From an uncultured Gammaproteobacteria bacterium (lineage in GTDB: Bacteria; Patescibacteriota; Patescibacteriia; Magasanikbacterales; UBA922): 64,000 bases of DNA. Shown here piece by piece: positions 54,377 through 63,111 of this stretch. The stretch spans positions 447 to 64,446 of the forward strand of contig CAZKAD010000003.1 of assembly GCA_964550845.1 (NCBI GenBank), read 5' to 3'. Positions within the stretch are counted from its first letter, which is position 1. Each line of letters opens with the position of its first letter. The translations under genes and the position numbers were made by a program. The notes under the pieces are model-generated. The model made no database searches, was not told the DNA's origin, and was given only the letters and a program-made list of their open reading frames with translations.

Positions 54377-56182
54377 ATGCCTCTTCGCAAACTGGCTTTC
54401 TATGTGAATCAACTTGTTTCGACCTCTCTAAATGATTTCTTCTTGAATTGTCTCAAGGAAATTCAAGAACAGACAAAATCTAATTCGGCGAATCTTCGGG
54501 TCTTTAACGGTCCGACAATTCAAACCTCAACAGATTCAATTGAAACAAATATTCATTCGGAGAAAGCAATCATTACGCGATCTATTTATTTTGACGAAAA
54601 AGAATCATGGATACCCTTATTATCTGGAGATAAAGTCTGTGGTCTAATTGGCTTACTCAGTCCAAAAGAGCGTCCAAATCAGTTTGTTGAACAACTAATC
54701 AACTTAATTGTTGCTCGAATTCTATCGATCAAGAAAGAATTACCAAATGATTCTTTTATCTCGAACATGAGTCATGAATTGAGAAATCCTTTGAACGGGT
54801 TACTGGGATATCTTCAAATTCTTGAATCATCGGGGTTAAATTCTGCTCAACAAGGATATCTCTACTCGGCACAAAAATGCGGTTTGAGTTTAATTCGAGT
54901 CGTCAACGATATCTTAGATTACTCAAAACTAATGTCAGGTAAAATGAAGTTAAACGTACAAATTACCAATTTGTATGATTTACTTGGTTTTGTCGAAGAA
55001 ACTCTCCATATTTCAATCCAAGAAAAAGGACACACTTTTACCCTCTTTTTTCATCCAGATGTCCCAAAGATGATTTTAACCGATTCTCAAAAATTAGCTC
55101 AGATTTGTATTAATCTGCTAAGTAATGCAATTAAATTCACACCGGCGAAAGGAAAAATTAACTTTGAAGTAAATCTGATGATCAAAGAAAAAGAATATCT
55201 TATCTTTAAGATTGCCGATACTGGTTGTGGCATTTCAAAAATTCAATCGGATGAATTGTTTCGAACTTTTACTCGACTTCATCATTCAAGAGAAGAGGGA
55301 ACAGGGCTTGGATTAGTTATTTCGAAAAAACTAACCGAATTGCTCTCAGGAACTATTCGTCTTGAAAAATCTTCATCTGAAGGTTCGGAATTTGTTTTTG
55401 AAATTCCACTTCAGAGAGCTCAAGAAGTTCGAAGTTCTCAACTTGGATTTAAGAAAGAAGTTTGTTTATTTGTTTCAGAGAAAGTTCAAACAGAATTAAA
55501 TCCACTGCTATTACGATGGGGAATGAAAGTATTTAATGTTCAATCTTTTTCAGAACTTTTAACAATCTTGAGCAGTTATGTATATGATTTTGAACTTGTC
55601 ATTCTTGAAGATGGAGAAAAAGAATTTGAACAAAATTCGAATAAGATTTGGGAAATTTGTCCAAAAATTCCAATTATACATGCCTGTAAAATCTTACCTC
55701 AAAAGAAGAGTGACTCATATTTTCATCTGCTTAATTTTACTCCAACAGAATTGTACAATTGTATTGCAAGGGCCTTGGAAAATTCTCTCTATTTGAAAAA
55801 GAAAAATTCGATTCGACTTGATCTGAAGAAAAAGATTTTGATTGCTGAAGATGATCCAAGTGGAAGGGAAATTTTGTCTAGATTACTCCAATCAATTGGT
55901 TTCTCGGAAATTGATTGTGCCGAAGATGGTCTTCAAGCCTTGAATATGATTCAAAAGAAAAGTTATTCTTACTTATTCATTGATTTGAAAATGCCGGTTA
56001 TTGACGGGTATGAAGTAATTACCACAATAAATAAGAAACCAAATAAGACAATGAAATTAATTTGTGTTTCAGCATCTGTTACAGATGAAGATAAACAATT
56101 TTGTCAAAAAGCATCTGTTCCATTTCTTGCAAAACCGGTTCAATTTCGAAATCTACAAGACTTGATGGTTTCATTGAGTTAG
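54377..56182 (+). CDS. Hybrid sensor histidine kinase: N-terminal sensor region, HisKA, HATPase_c, a degenerate middle domain and a C-terminal receiver (REC) domain; soluble
   Basis: H-box MSHELRNPLNGLLGYLQIL. N box LLSNAIKFT. G1 DTGCGI. G2 GTGLGLVISKKL. Receiver: ILIAEDDPSGREIL...LFIDLKMPVIDGYEV...LAKP. No TM helices were seen. Confidence 0.85.
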   Translation: MPLRKLAFYVNQLVSTSLNDFFLNCLKEIQEQTKSNSANLRVFNGPTIQTSTDSIETNIHSEKAIITRSIYFDEKESWIPLLSGDKVCGLIGLLSPKERPNQFVEQLINLIVARILSIKKELPNDSFISNMSHELRNPLNGLLGYLQILESSGLNSAQQGYLYSAQKCGLSLIRVVNDILDYSKLMSGKMKLNVQITNLYDLLGFVEETLHISIQEKGHTFTLFFHPDVPKMILTDSQKLAQICINLLSNAIKFTPAKGKINFEVNLMIKEKEYLIFKIADTGCGISKIQSDELFRTFTRLHHSREEGTGLGLVISKKLTELLSGTIRLEKSSSEGSEFVFEIPLQRAQEVRSSQLGFKKEVCLFVSEKVQTELNPLLLRWGMKVFNVQSFSELLTILSSYVYDFELVILEDGEKEFEQNSNKIWEICPKIPIIHACKILPQKKSDSYFHLLNFTPTELYNCIARALENSLYLKKKNSIRLDLKKKILIAEDDPSGREILSRLLQSIGFSEIDCAEDGLQALNMIQKKSYSYLFIDLKMPVIDGYEVITTINKKPNKTMKLICVSASVTDEDKQFCQKASVPFLAKPVQFRNLQDLMVSLS

Positions 56183-56242
56183 AAATTGATGTTTGCGAAG
56201 AAAAAAGTTGATGGGTAGTCAATCAGAAATTTGATTTTTGAC

Positions 56243-56297
56243 AAAAAACCAAGCTTAACGACGTCTAGTTATAGACCGAATTAAGCTTGGTTTTTTT
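56243..56297. terminator. Strong hairpin with a 15-16 bp perfect stem (AAAAAACCAAGCTTAA...TTAAGCTTGGTTTTTTT) flanked by an A-run and a T-run; bidirectional terminator-like
   Basis: Direct reading. Located between the stops of 54377..56182 (+) and 56406..57203 (-). The loop contains a nested GTCTAgttaTAGAC. Confidence 0.65.
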
Positions 56298-56405
56298 CGA
56301 TTTTTCAATATTTTTGACCGTTTTTCCCGACATTTCCGTTCAGGTTGATCTATTGTTAATTTCTCTTTCTTTCAAGAAAGAAAAGTTATTTGACTCTCAC
56401 TTTCG

Positions 56406-57203
56406 TTACTTTTCCGAAGATTGTTCTCCTTTCTCATCAATTGATCCATTTGCATCATCGGCGCCCTCTTGAATAACGGAGAGAGGAGTTGAAGAAATTT
56501 CTCCTGGGGTTTGGAACATTTTCATTGCAGTTCCCACCAGTGCATGAATATCCAGTTGTCCGGCTGAAGCTTGTTGCTCCATATTTTTCACCATCCTCGC
56601 AAATGCGCCATTTTTCATTAATTTAGTTGCAATTGCGATCGGATTACCAGCATTTTCGTCCATCATTGGAGAAATCTCCGCAATCATGTCATGAACTATT
56701 TTTTCTTCGTTAGTCGGCACTGGAGATGATTCGAGAGTTGTCAATAGTTCTCTTGCTTGACTGTCAGGGAAGAGAAGAGTTGTAATTGTCAAAAGATGAG
56801 TCCAAACTGCATCTGCAGTTTTTGGATCGGACTTCTCGAGAATCAAGTTAATTGGAAGATAGATTCGATCGCTATATTTGAGAGTTTGATCAACTGGCTT
56901 TCTTTTTGCAAGGATATCTTTCATATTTCTTACAATGTATTCAGAAAAACAGTTAATATGTTTGAGTACAATTTCAGGCTTAACCACTCCAGGATTAACA
57001 TAAACAAGTAATCTTGCGTAAAGATCGAGAGGACGTTGATGGGTTCCAATTCGGTTTGAACCTGAACCGGAGCCAAAACTCTCACTCAAAGCATTTACAA
57101 ATTCGGAAATAGCCGTAAAGGCAAGCTTTTGGGTATTTGTCAGCATTCTCTGTTTGTAAGAAACAGAGAATACTTTAACCAATTCTTCAGAATGTTTAAC
57201 CAT
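56406..57203 (-). CDS. Hypothetical protein
   Basis: 265-aa ORF. The conserved element GTTTAACCATCCttttGGACGTTTAAC (57194..57220) overlaps its start codon. Confidence 0.6.
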   Translation of the reverse strand: MVKHSEELVKVFSVSYKQRMLTNTQKLAFTAISEFVNALSESFGSGSGSNRIGTHQRPLDLYARLLVYVNPGVVKPEIVLKHINCFSEYIVRNMKDILAKRKPVDQTLKYSDRIYLPINLILEKSDPKTADAVWTHLLTITTLLFPDSQARELLTTLESSPVPTNEEKIVHDMIAEISPMMDENAGNPIAIATKLMKNGAFARMVKNMEQQASAGQLDIHALVGTAMKMFQTPGEISSTPLSVIQEGADDANGSIDEKGEQSSEK

Positions 57204-57265
57204 CCTTTTGGACGTTTAACAAATTGTTCATTTATTTTTACTCCGAAGAGCAAAAATTATCTAAA

Positions 57266-57745
57266 TCACTTAAATAATCGTTGAAGATCGTTATCATTTG
57301 TCACCCATGGAAGCAACCCGTAAGATTGCTGATGATCATAGATAGTCGCATTGTCTCCAATTAGATAACTGCCTTGATAAGACCAGTTCTTTGTTGAGAC
57401 TGAGAATTCAATTGGTTGATCAAATCTCTCAAAGTTGACTTTTTTGTCAAGGATCGTATTGAATTCTTGAACCGCCGATGATGAAAGTTGATTAAATGAG
57501 AGAGATCGAACGGCTAGTTTGTTTCCTTCAATGCGAGCAAACAGACAAACATATCGCTTAAGCACATCATACTCTCTTCCAATCACTTTTGAGAAGATGA
57601 ACTTTTGAGTTCCGTTCGAATTTAAGTTTAAGTTTAACAAATTGCAACTTTTCTCTGCATATTCGGCATTGGTAACATAGCAGCCATGCATAAGATAGTT
57701 ACCTTTGCTTTCAAGAAAAATTGCATAGAGCTCCATCTCGATCAA
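57266..57745 (-). CDS. Hypothetical protein
   Basis: 159-aa ORF. TCAATTTT lies 38 nt upstream (57783..57790). Confidence 0.55.
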   Translation of the reverse strand: MIEMELYAIFLESKGNYLMHGCYVTNAEYAEKSCNLLNLNLNSNGTQKFIFSKVIGREYDVLKRYVCLFARIEGNKLAVRSLSFNQLSSSAVQEFNTILDKKVNFERFDQPIEFSVSTKNWSYQGSYLIGDNATIYDHQQSYGLLPWVTNDNDLQRLFK

Positions 57746-57811
57746 GAAAATTCAATATTTTTGAAATAGTCAAAATTTTAATTCAATTTTCCAAAGTTAC
57801 TTTTCACTCTT

Positions 57812-58810
57812 TTAAGTCTTCGCCAATTCTTCAAGATGACGAAAGTTGTTTGATATTTCTGCCAACATGGTCATATTATCGAATAGTAATGTATCAACTG
57901 ATAAAGCAAGTTCATCCAAATTTTTTGTAGTTTCAAGAATACTTCGCACCAAATCCTTCAAAACATTTTCTTGTTTTTGAATTTCTTGAGCAAGTTTACT
58001 TTTATCTTCAACCACTTCGATCTTTTGTTTTAGTGATGAAAGCAAAGCCGATGTTTTTTCATGAGCTATTGTTAATTTTGCGTGTTGTTGAAGATAAAAT
58101 CTCTTCTTTTCTAAAATCTTTTTACTTGAAGTTAGAATGTTTCTTTTCTGTTCCAACATATTTTGAATCTTAGTTGTTTCGACTTGTTGATTATGGTTCA
58201 AGATTTCATAGAATTGAGAAAGAATTGTTTTAACTCCTTGTGCAACACGAGGTTCTTTGTAAAAGCTTTCCATTGAAAGCGTCAAAAGAATTCTTCGTTT
58301 CTTTGAATTACAATTTGTAATGAAATAACATTGTTCTTTGTTTTCTCGATCAATGACCATACAATCTCCATCAAAAAGTACAGGCTTATATTCAAGAGTT
58401 CGAAAACAAAGTTTGAATCTTTTCATCTGCCGAAGTAAAGCAGCAAATTTATTAACGCTTTTATTCTCTTCGCCCTTGATTGAAATTTGCCTATCATAAA
58501 GATCTACAAATCCAGATTCATTTTGAAGAAATGTGTCAAGATGATCTATTGATTTGTATTTTTGTCTCAATTCAGGCTCGTCGACTCCTTGTATAAATTT
58601 TTCACTCATTTCATCCTTTGGAAGTAACTCAAATTCATATTGGAGTTTCTTTGATGGAATTTTATGCTTACTGGGTACAGAAATTAGAATTGAAAAAGCC
58701 GAATCTAAACTGACAATTTCAAAGTAACGATAGTATCCATCAATAGTGTAATATTTATCAACCAAAAATCCATTTGATTCAAACAATTCAACGCACTTAT
58801 CTACGCTCAT
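57812..58810 (-). CDS. Hypothetical protein with a C-terminal coiled coil
   Basis: 332-aa ORF. The C-terminal half is rich in heptad-like K/E/L (...LAQEIQKQENVLKDLVRSILETTKNLDELALSVDTLL). Confidence 0.6.
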   Translation of the reverse strand: MSVDKCVELFESNGFLVDKYYTIDGYYRYFEIVSLDSAFSILISVPSKHKIPSKKLQYEFELLPKDEMSEKFIQGVDEPELRQKYKSIDHLDTFLQNESGFVDLYDRQISIKGEENKSVNKFAALLRQMKRFKLCFRTLEYKPVLFDGDCMVIDRENKEQCYFITNCNSKKRRILLTLSMESFYKEPRVAQGVKTILSQFYEILNHNQQVETTKIQNMLEQKRNILTSSKKILEKKRFYLQQHAKLTIAHEKTSALLSSLKQKIEVVEDKSKLAQEIQKQENVLKDLVRSILETTKNLDELALSVDTLLFDNMTMLAEISNNFRHLEELAKT

Positions 58811-58844
58811 TGTTTCTGGAATGAATCTTTTTGATCAATTTCTG

Positions 58845-58886
58845 GCGTTTAACTTGTCTGAAAGATGTTTAACTCGTCTAGATGAG
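58845..58886. promoter_or_regulatory. Degenerate pair of the conserved element (GCGTTTAACttgtctgaaagatGTTTAACtcgtctagatgag) in a divergent intergenic region
   Basis: Direct reading. The flanks are conserved and the stems are weaker. Confidence 0.4.
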
Positions 58887-58961
58887 ATTAAATTTTTAAT
58901 TTGTTTTATTAAAAACAAACAAAACATTCGAAAAGACCCAAACAATTGAAATAACCAAAAC

Positions 58962-59249
58962 ATGTCTGACGATTTGATTGCAAATCTTCCAGATGCAAAG
59001 GCAAATCCTCAAGATCGAGCTGCACTGGCTTCTCTCCTCATCGACGATAAGCCATCTTCACAAGATGACTCTTTTCGAAAAGCAATCATTGTAGCAGTAC
59101 TTGTCATGTTGTTTAACAACAGTGAAGTCACAAGTTTACTTGAAAAGAATATTCCCCCAATTCAAGGTTCTCCTCTCGGAATGCTCGTGGTCAAAGGCGG
59201 ACTGGCTGGATTGATTTTCTTTTTGATTTCTTTATTCAATCGATCATAA
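58962..59249 (+). CDS. Small membrane protein (hypothetical)
   Basis: 95 aa with hydrophobic segments (AIIVAVLVMLF; GLAGLIFFLISLF). Confidence 0.4.
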   Translation: MSDDLIANLPDAKANPQDRAALASLLIDDKPSSQDDSFRKAIIVAVLVMLFNNSEVTSLLEKNIPPIQGSPLGMLVVKGGLAGLIFFLISLFNRS

Positions 59250-59281
59250 AGAAAAGGTTAAACATCTTTCCCCGATTTAAA

Positions 59282-59782
59282 ATGGAACCATTGTTGTGCC
59301 ATAATTTTGAAAGTTCTTCAAAAAGCTTAAGTATTCATTATTCAATTTCAAAAGAAAAGATGAAGACATTTTTTCCTCCTCTCTTTCCAACCATTGAAAA
59401 GGAGATGAAAGCCAATTTTCTCTTTCGATTAAACTTTGACGTTCATTTTGATCGTCTTTTGACTCGGCTTCGGGCAGATGTTCGAAATGGATTTGAACAG
59501 TTAACAATTCGATTTCCTTCTCAAAATGGAAATTTCTTTTTGTTGAGAGAATTTGCAGATCAAATTCATACAGGCTTGCGGAGTTTAGGAAATAAAATAT
59601 TTCTAGTCCAAATCACTCCAATCGCCTGGTATATTACCGTCGAAGAATCTGAGCATCGGGCAATTTCTTTGCAGCCTCTTTCATCTGAATTCGAGCATCT
59701 TGATGAATATCCATCTTCGTTTGTAGATTTATTGAAGAAGACAAATCAATACCGGGCTTATCAATCGATATATAATGAATAA
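59282..59782 (+). CDS. Hypothetical protein
   Basis: 166-aa ORF, convergent with the family trio. Confidence 0.5.
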   Translation: MEPLLCHNFESSSKSLSIHYSISKEKMKTFFPPLFPTIEKEMKANFLFRLNFDVHFDRLLTRLRADVRNGFEQLTIRFPSQNGNFFLLREFADQIHTGLRSLGNKIFLVQITPIAWYITVEESEHRAISLQPLSSEFEHLDEYPSSFVDLLKKTNQYRAYQSIYNE

Positions 59783-59809
59783 TTTCCTTACCTCGAGAGG
59801 TAAAGAACA

Positions 59810-60862
59810 TTAAAAAGAGCAAATCGTTATGAGTAATCGAGGATCGTACAAATCTCGAAGCAAAAAGTCCATTAAAATGTCTTCTTGTGACAATCCAGCA
59901 CAGACTAACATGTTTAACATCTTTTGTTCCACATAGATGATTAGGTAGATATTTTTGCGGAAATTTAAAATGTCAATGTACATTCCTTCTTTTTGTTGAT
60001 CTGTCAAAAAGGTCCACTGAGGCATATTTTTTCGAATATCATTATTGATATTGAACGATGTCTTTTCATATCTATACATTGCACAATCATCAAGTACAAA
60101 AAGAGGCAAATCGATATTCGGATATTCTCGAATTGAAGTCAGTGTTTCTGGTTCTTTGTATCCGGGACATCCAATGACTGGAAGTTCGTCGAGAAATTGA
60201 ATTGACGGGAGAAAAAGGATAAATTGGAGTGCTTCAATATCATGGATAAATAATAAATAAACTTTTGTTTTAACGGCGCTCCAAAACTTTAAGGTCGTAA
60301 ATAAATTTCCATTGATTTTTTCATCTGAATCGCCTTGTATGGCTTGTTGAGAAAAAAGAGTTCGAGTGGAAGGTGTATATATTCCTCTTGTTATTTTCAT
60401 CGAAAGAGACGCGACCATTTTTTCTGATAAAATTTTTTCTGTGATCGGTCGATATTCTGTTGCACACACCCTCATCCTGACGCAAATTGGTATATTCAGT
60501 TGATCAAATAACTTCAAGATATTTGCTGGAGCCACGAGGAAAGTTTCTTTTTGATTGTTTGCATCAATCGAGATGATCCATTCTGGCGAATATTCTATCG
60601 ATTTGACTGAAATTAATTTTCTTTGAAAAATACTCTCAATTAATTTCTGAAATTCATCAATGTAAGATTCATGTGAAATCTGACTAAAAATCGAAAGAAT
60701 TAAATCGACTTCTTGATCTGAAAGTCGATTAATGATTGGATTTTCTTTCCCGAGGACGTCAAAGTTGTGGCGAACAGTACTATGATCTTCATCTATATTA
60801 ACTTTCGTTAACGCTGAACAAAAGAATTGATGAAACAAAGATAACTTTTGTCTAGAATTCAT
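59810..60862 (-). CDS. Member of the 'FLTxDLYDPRLL' family (tandem trio member A; F-box-like motif at the C-terminus)
   Basis: N-terminus MNSRQKLSLFHQFF...LSDQEVDLILSIFSQISHE. C-terminus ...LNMLVCAGLSQEDILMDFLLRDLYDPRLLITICSF. Confidence 0.7.
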   Translation of the reverse strand: MNSRQKLSLFHQFFCSALTKVNIDEDHSTVRHNFDVLGKENPIINRLSDQEVDLILSIFSQISHESYIDEFQKLIESIFQRKLISVKSIEYSPEWIISIDANNQKETFLVAPANILKLFDQLNIPICVRMRVCATEYRPITEKILSEKMVASLSMKITRGIYTPSTRTLFSQQAIQGDSDEKINGNLFTTLKFWSAVKTKVYLLFIHDIEALQFILFLPSIQFLDELPVIGCPGYKEPETLTSIREYPNIDLPLFVLDDCAMYRYEKTSFNINNDIRKNMPQWTFLTDQQKEGMYIDILNFRKNIYLIIYVEQKMLNMLVCAGLSQEDILMDFLLRDLYDPRLLITICSF

Positions 60863-60946
60863 TTATTTGTTTATTTAATTGGCACTTCTGGAGACAATTA
60901 AAATCAATTTCCTTACCTCGAGAGGTAACGAAAAATCACTGAGCAT

Positions 60947-61963
60947 TCAACAAAAAGGAAATTCTTCAAAGAAACTGTCATCTGAAAGAGCAAAACAATT
61001 AATTAAATTCAAGATGCGAGGGTCGAATAAATCCCGTGTAAGAAAGTTGTGCCAAGTTCCACCCTGAAATAAACCCGTGCAGATAATCATATTCAACATT
61101 GCTTGTTCATCACAGGTAATTAAATAGATACTGTGGTAATAGTTCTCAATATCATTCTCGGCTTCCCGTAAAGCTTCAAGATCTATCCAACTTGGAATCA
61201 AATTTCCTGCCCAAAATGAAAAGGGTTCTTCGTCATAATCAGGATTAAGATATACAAGCGGGCGGTTAACAAGAGTTTGCCGCTCGACTGATTTAATCAA
61301 ATATGATTGATCAAATGTTATTCCTCGTTTAGCAAAGATTCTCTTCAGTAATGTTGGCGAAGGTAGTTTTAGAATAGCTTCAAATGCCTCTTTACTCTGA
61401 GGCGCCAAAATATAAGTTTTGCTTTTTACAATACTCCAAAACAGTAAAGTTTCAGCGTTAGTTTCATTTAGTTTACTTTCCGAAAATACATCTTCAATTG
61501 TATTTGACCAGTTAATTTGGATAACAGGAGGCAAATCAATTTCTTCGAACAATCCATCGAGCTCTCGTAAATTGTCTTTTACTTCTTGGAAATCAAAAAA
61601 GACAGAGGTTTGAATGTTTAATTCTCGAATGATCGAATCTGCATTCAATTTGACTGGAACGTGTTTATACATATGACGTGTTTCAACACAAACATATTTT
61701 GATGATCCAAAATATCTTTGAAATCCTATAGGCTGCTTGTTGATTAATGCGTCAAGCAATAAACCGACATCATTAGAAATCGATTCTTCTCTTGAAATCA
61801 TCTTAAAGATCGAGATGATTGAAGCGACTTCTTGATCAGTCAATTGTTCAACAATTGGATGAGGTTGGAGCATATCATCGAGTTGGAAATGAGCAATCTC
61901 TTCTTCCGTTTCATACGGAAGAAAAAGATGGCAAATTGTGCTTAATTTTTGTCTGAGATTCAT
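60947..61963 (-). CDS. Member of the 'FLTxDLYDPRLL' family (tandem trio member B)
   Basis: Start set at the internal MNLRQKLSTICHLF, which is homologous to the paralog N-termini and removes the overlap. C-terminus ...LNMIICTGLFQGGTWHNFLTRDLFDPRILNLINCF... Confidence 0.7.
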   Translation of the reverse strand: MNLRQKLSTICHLFLPYETEEEIAHFQLDDMLQPHPIVEQLTDQEVASIISIFKMISREESISNDVGLLLDALINKQPIGFQRYFGSSKYVCVETRHMYKHVPVKLNADSIIRELNIQTSVFFDFQEVKDNLRELDGLFEEIDLPPVIQINWSNTIEDVFSESKLNETNAETLLFWSIVKSKTYILAPQSKEAFEAILKLPSPTLLKRIFAKRGITFDQSYLIKSVERQTLVNRPLVYLNPDYDEEPFSFWAGNLIPSWIDLEALREAENDIENYYHSIYLITCDEQAMLNMIICTGLFQGGTWHNFLTRDLFDPRILNLINCFALSDDSFFEEFPFC

Positions 61964-62012
61964 TGCAGTCCTCCAATAAAGATAAAGAGTAAAATCAATT
62001 TTGCTCTTCTTC

Positions 62013-63074
62013 TTAAATCTCACCAAAATTGCACACATTTGAAATACTAAATTGACTAATTAAAATCAAAACCCGAGGATCGTACAAATCTCGAAGAAGA
62101 AAATTACTCAACTTCCCTTCTTCAAATAAACCGAAACATACGAGATTGTGTAACAATGCGTGTTCAGTGCAAGTAATATAATAACTATTCAAGTAAAAAT
62201 GAACAACATCGGCGTAAATTTCATTATTTATCTCCTCATTTTCGGATGAAACGGGAATTTTCTTTCTCAGATTAAGATGAATGGATGAAAAATCCTTTTT
62301 GTTCTTTGTATAACAGAGATAACAGAGATAAAAGAGAAGATGATTATTATCCGGATATTGTTCGATTGCTTCGAGTGTGTCAGACTGCTCACGAATAAAC
62401 TTTTTGAGTATCTTTGGTGAAGGCAACGAGATTATCGATTCAAAAGCAATACTTGAGAGAGGCATCATTAAATAGACTTTTGATCGAAGAATGCTCCAAA
62501 AGAGTAAAATTTTTTTGTAATTCTCGAGATCAAGATCAACATTGGATGACGGAGAATGATAAACTTGAATCATTGTTGGTAGGCATATTTTATTCGATAA
62601 AATTTTTCCTCGATTAAATGTAGTTTCAAACGGATTTAAATATTTAAGACGCATGAATGTTCGAACATTTAACTGTTCTAACAGTGGACATACTTGTTGT
62701 TTTACATCAACTTCATCCTGCGCGTCAGATGTTTTGATGCTCATGTTCGTGTATTGAATACGAAAGTGATGATAGTCGGTTATTTGACATTCTTTTTTAC
62801 GAATAAGAGCTTCAATAAACAATCCGATATCTGACACATTTCCATTCTCAAAATCAATCATTTCAATCGCTTGAATAATGAGAGAAACTTCATGATCACT
62901 TAGACGTTCCAGACAATTCTCGAAAGTGGTTAAACTTCCCGGAGTACGTTTCGATTCCAGAAATTCGTCGAAACGAAAGTAATGGCCATTGTGTTTGATA
63001 CGTTGTTGAATATTCCGAGTCACATAAACTTGACAAAAAATAGCTAATTTTTGTCGCAAAGTGAAATCAGCCAT
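62013..63074 (-). CDS. Member of the 'FLTxDLYDPRLL' family (tandem trio member C)
   Basis: N-terminus MADFTLRQKLAIFCQVYV...LSDHEVSLIIQAIEMIDFE. C-terminus ...LHNLVCFGLFEEGKLSNFLLRDLYDPRVLILISQF... Confidence 0.7.
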   Translation of the reverse strand: MADFTLRQKLAIFCQVYVTRNIQQRIKHNGHYFRFDEFLESKRTPGSLTTFENCLERLSDHEVSLIIQAIEMIDFENGNVSDIGLFIEALIRKKECQITDYHHFRIQYTNMSIKTSDAQDEVDVKQQVCPLLEQLNVRTFMRLKYLNPFETTFNRGKILSNKICLPTMIQVYHSPSSNVDLDLENYKKILLFWSILRSKVYLMMPLSSIAFESIISLPSPKILKKFIREQSDTLEAIEQYPDNNHLLFYLCYLCYTKNKKDFSSIHLNLRKKIPVSSENEEINNEIYADVVHFYLNSYYITCTEHALLHNLVCFGLFEEGKLSNFLLRDLYDPRVLILISQFSISNVCNFGEI

Positions 63075-63111
63075 TCTTTATTTCATTCGGATAAAGAATA
63101 TTAATTCAATT

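Noticed and set aside
54377-56182. Bacterial contamination or a prophage as the explanation for the histidine kinase, Lon, Nudix, dNMP-kinase and DUF2493 genes
   Set aside because: These genes are embedded among eukaryotic-virus genes (Skp1, Pol X, collagen-like, VP39-like) and share the same AAAATTGA promoters and conserved hairpin elements. There are no Shine-Dalgarno-spaced operons, and composition is uniform across the window.
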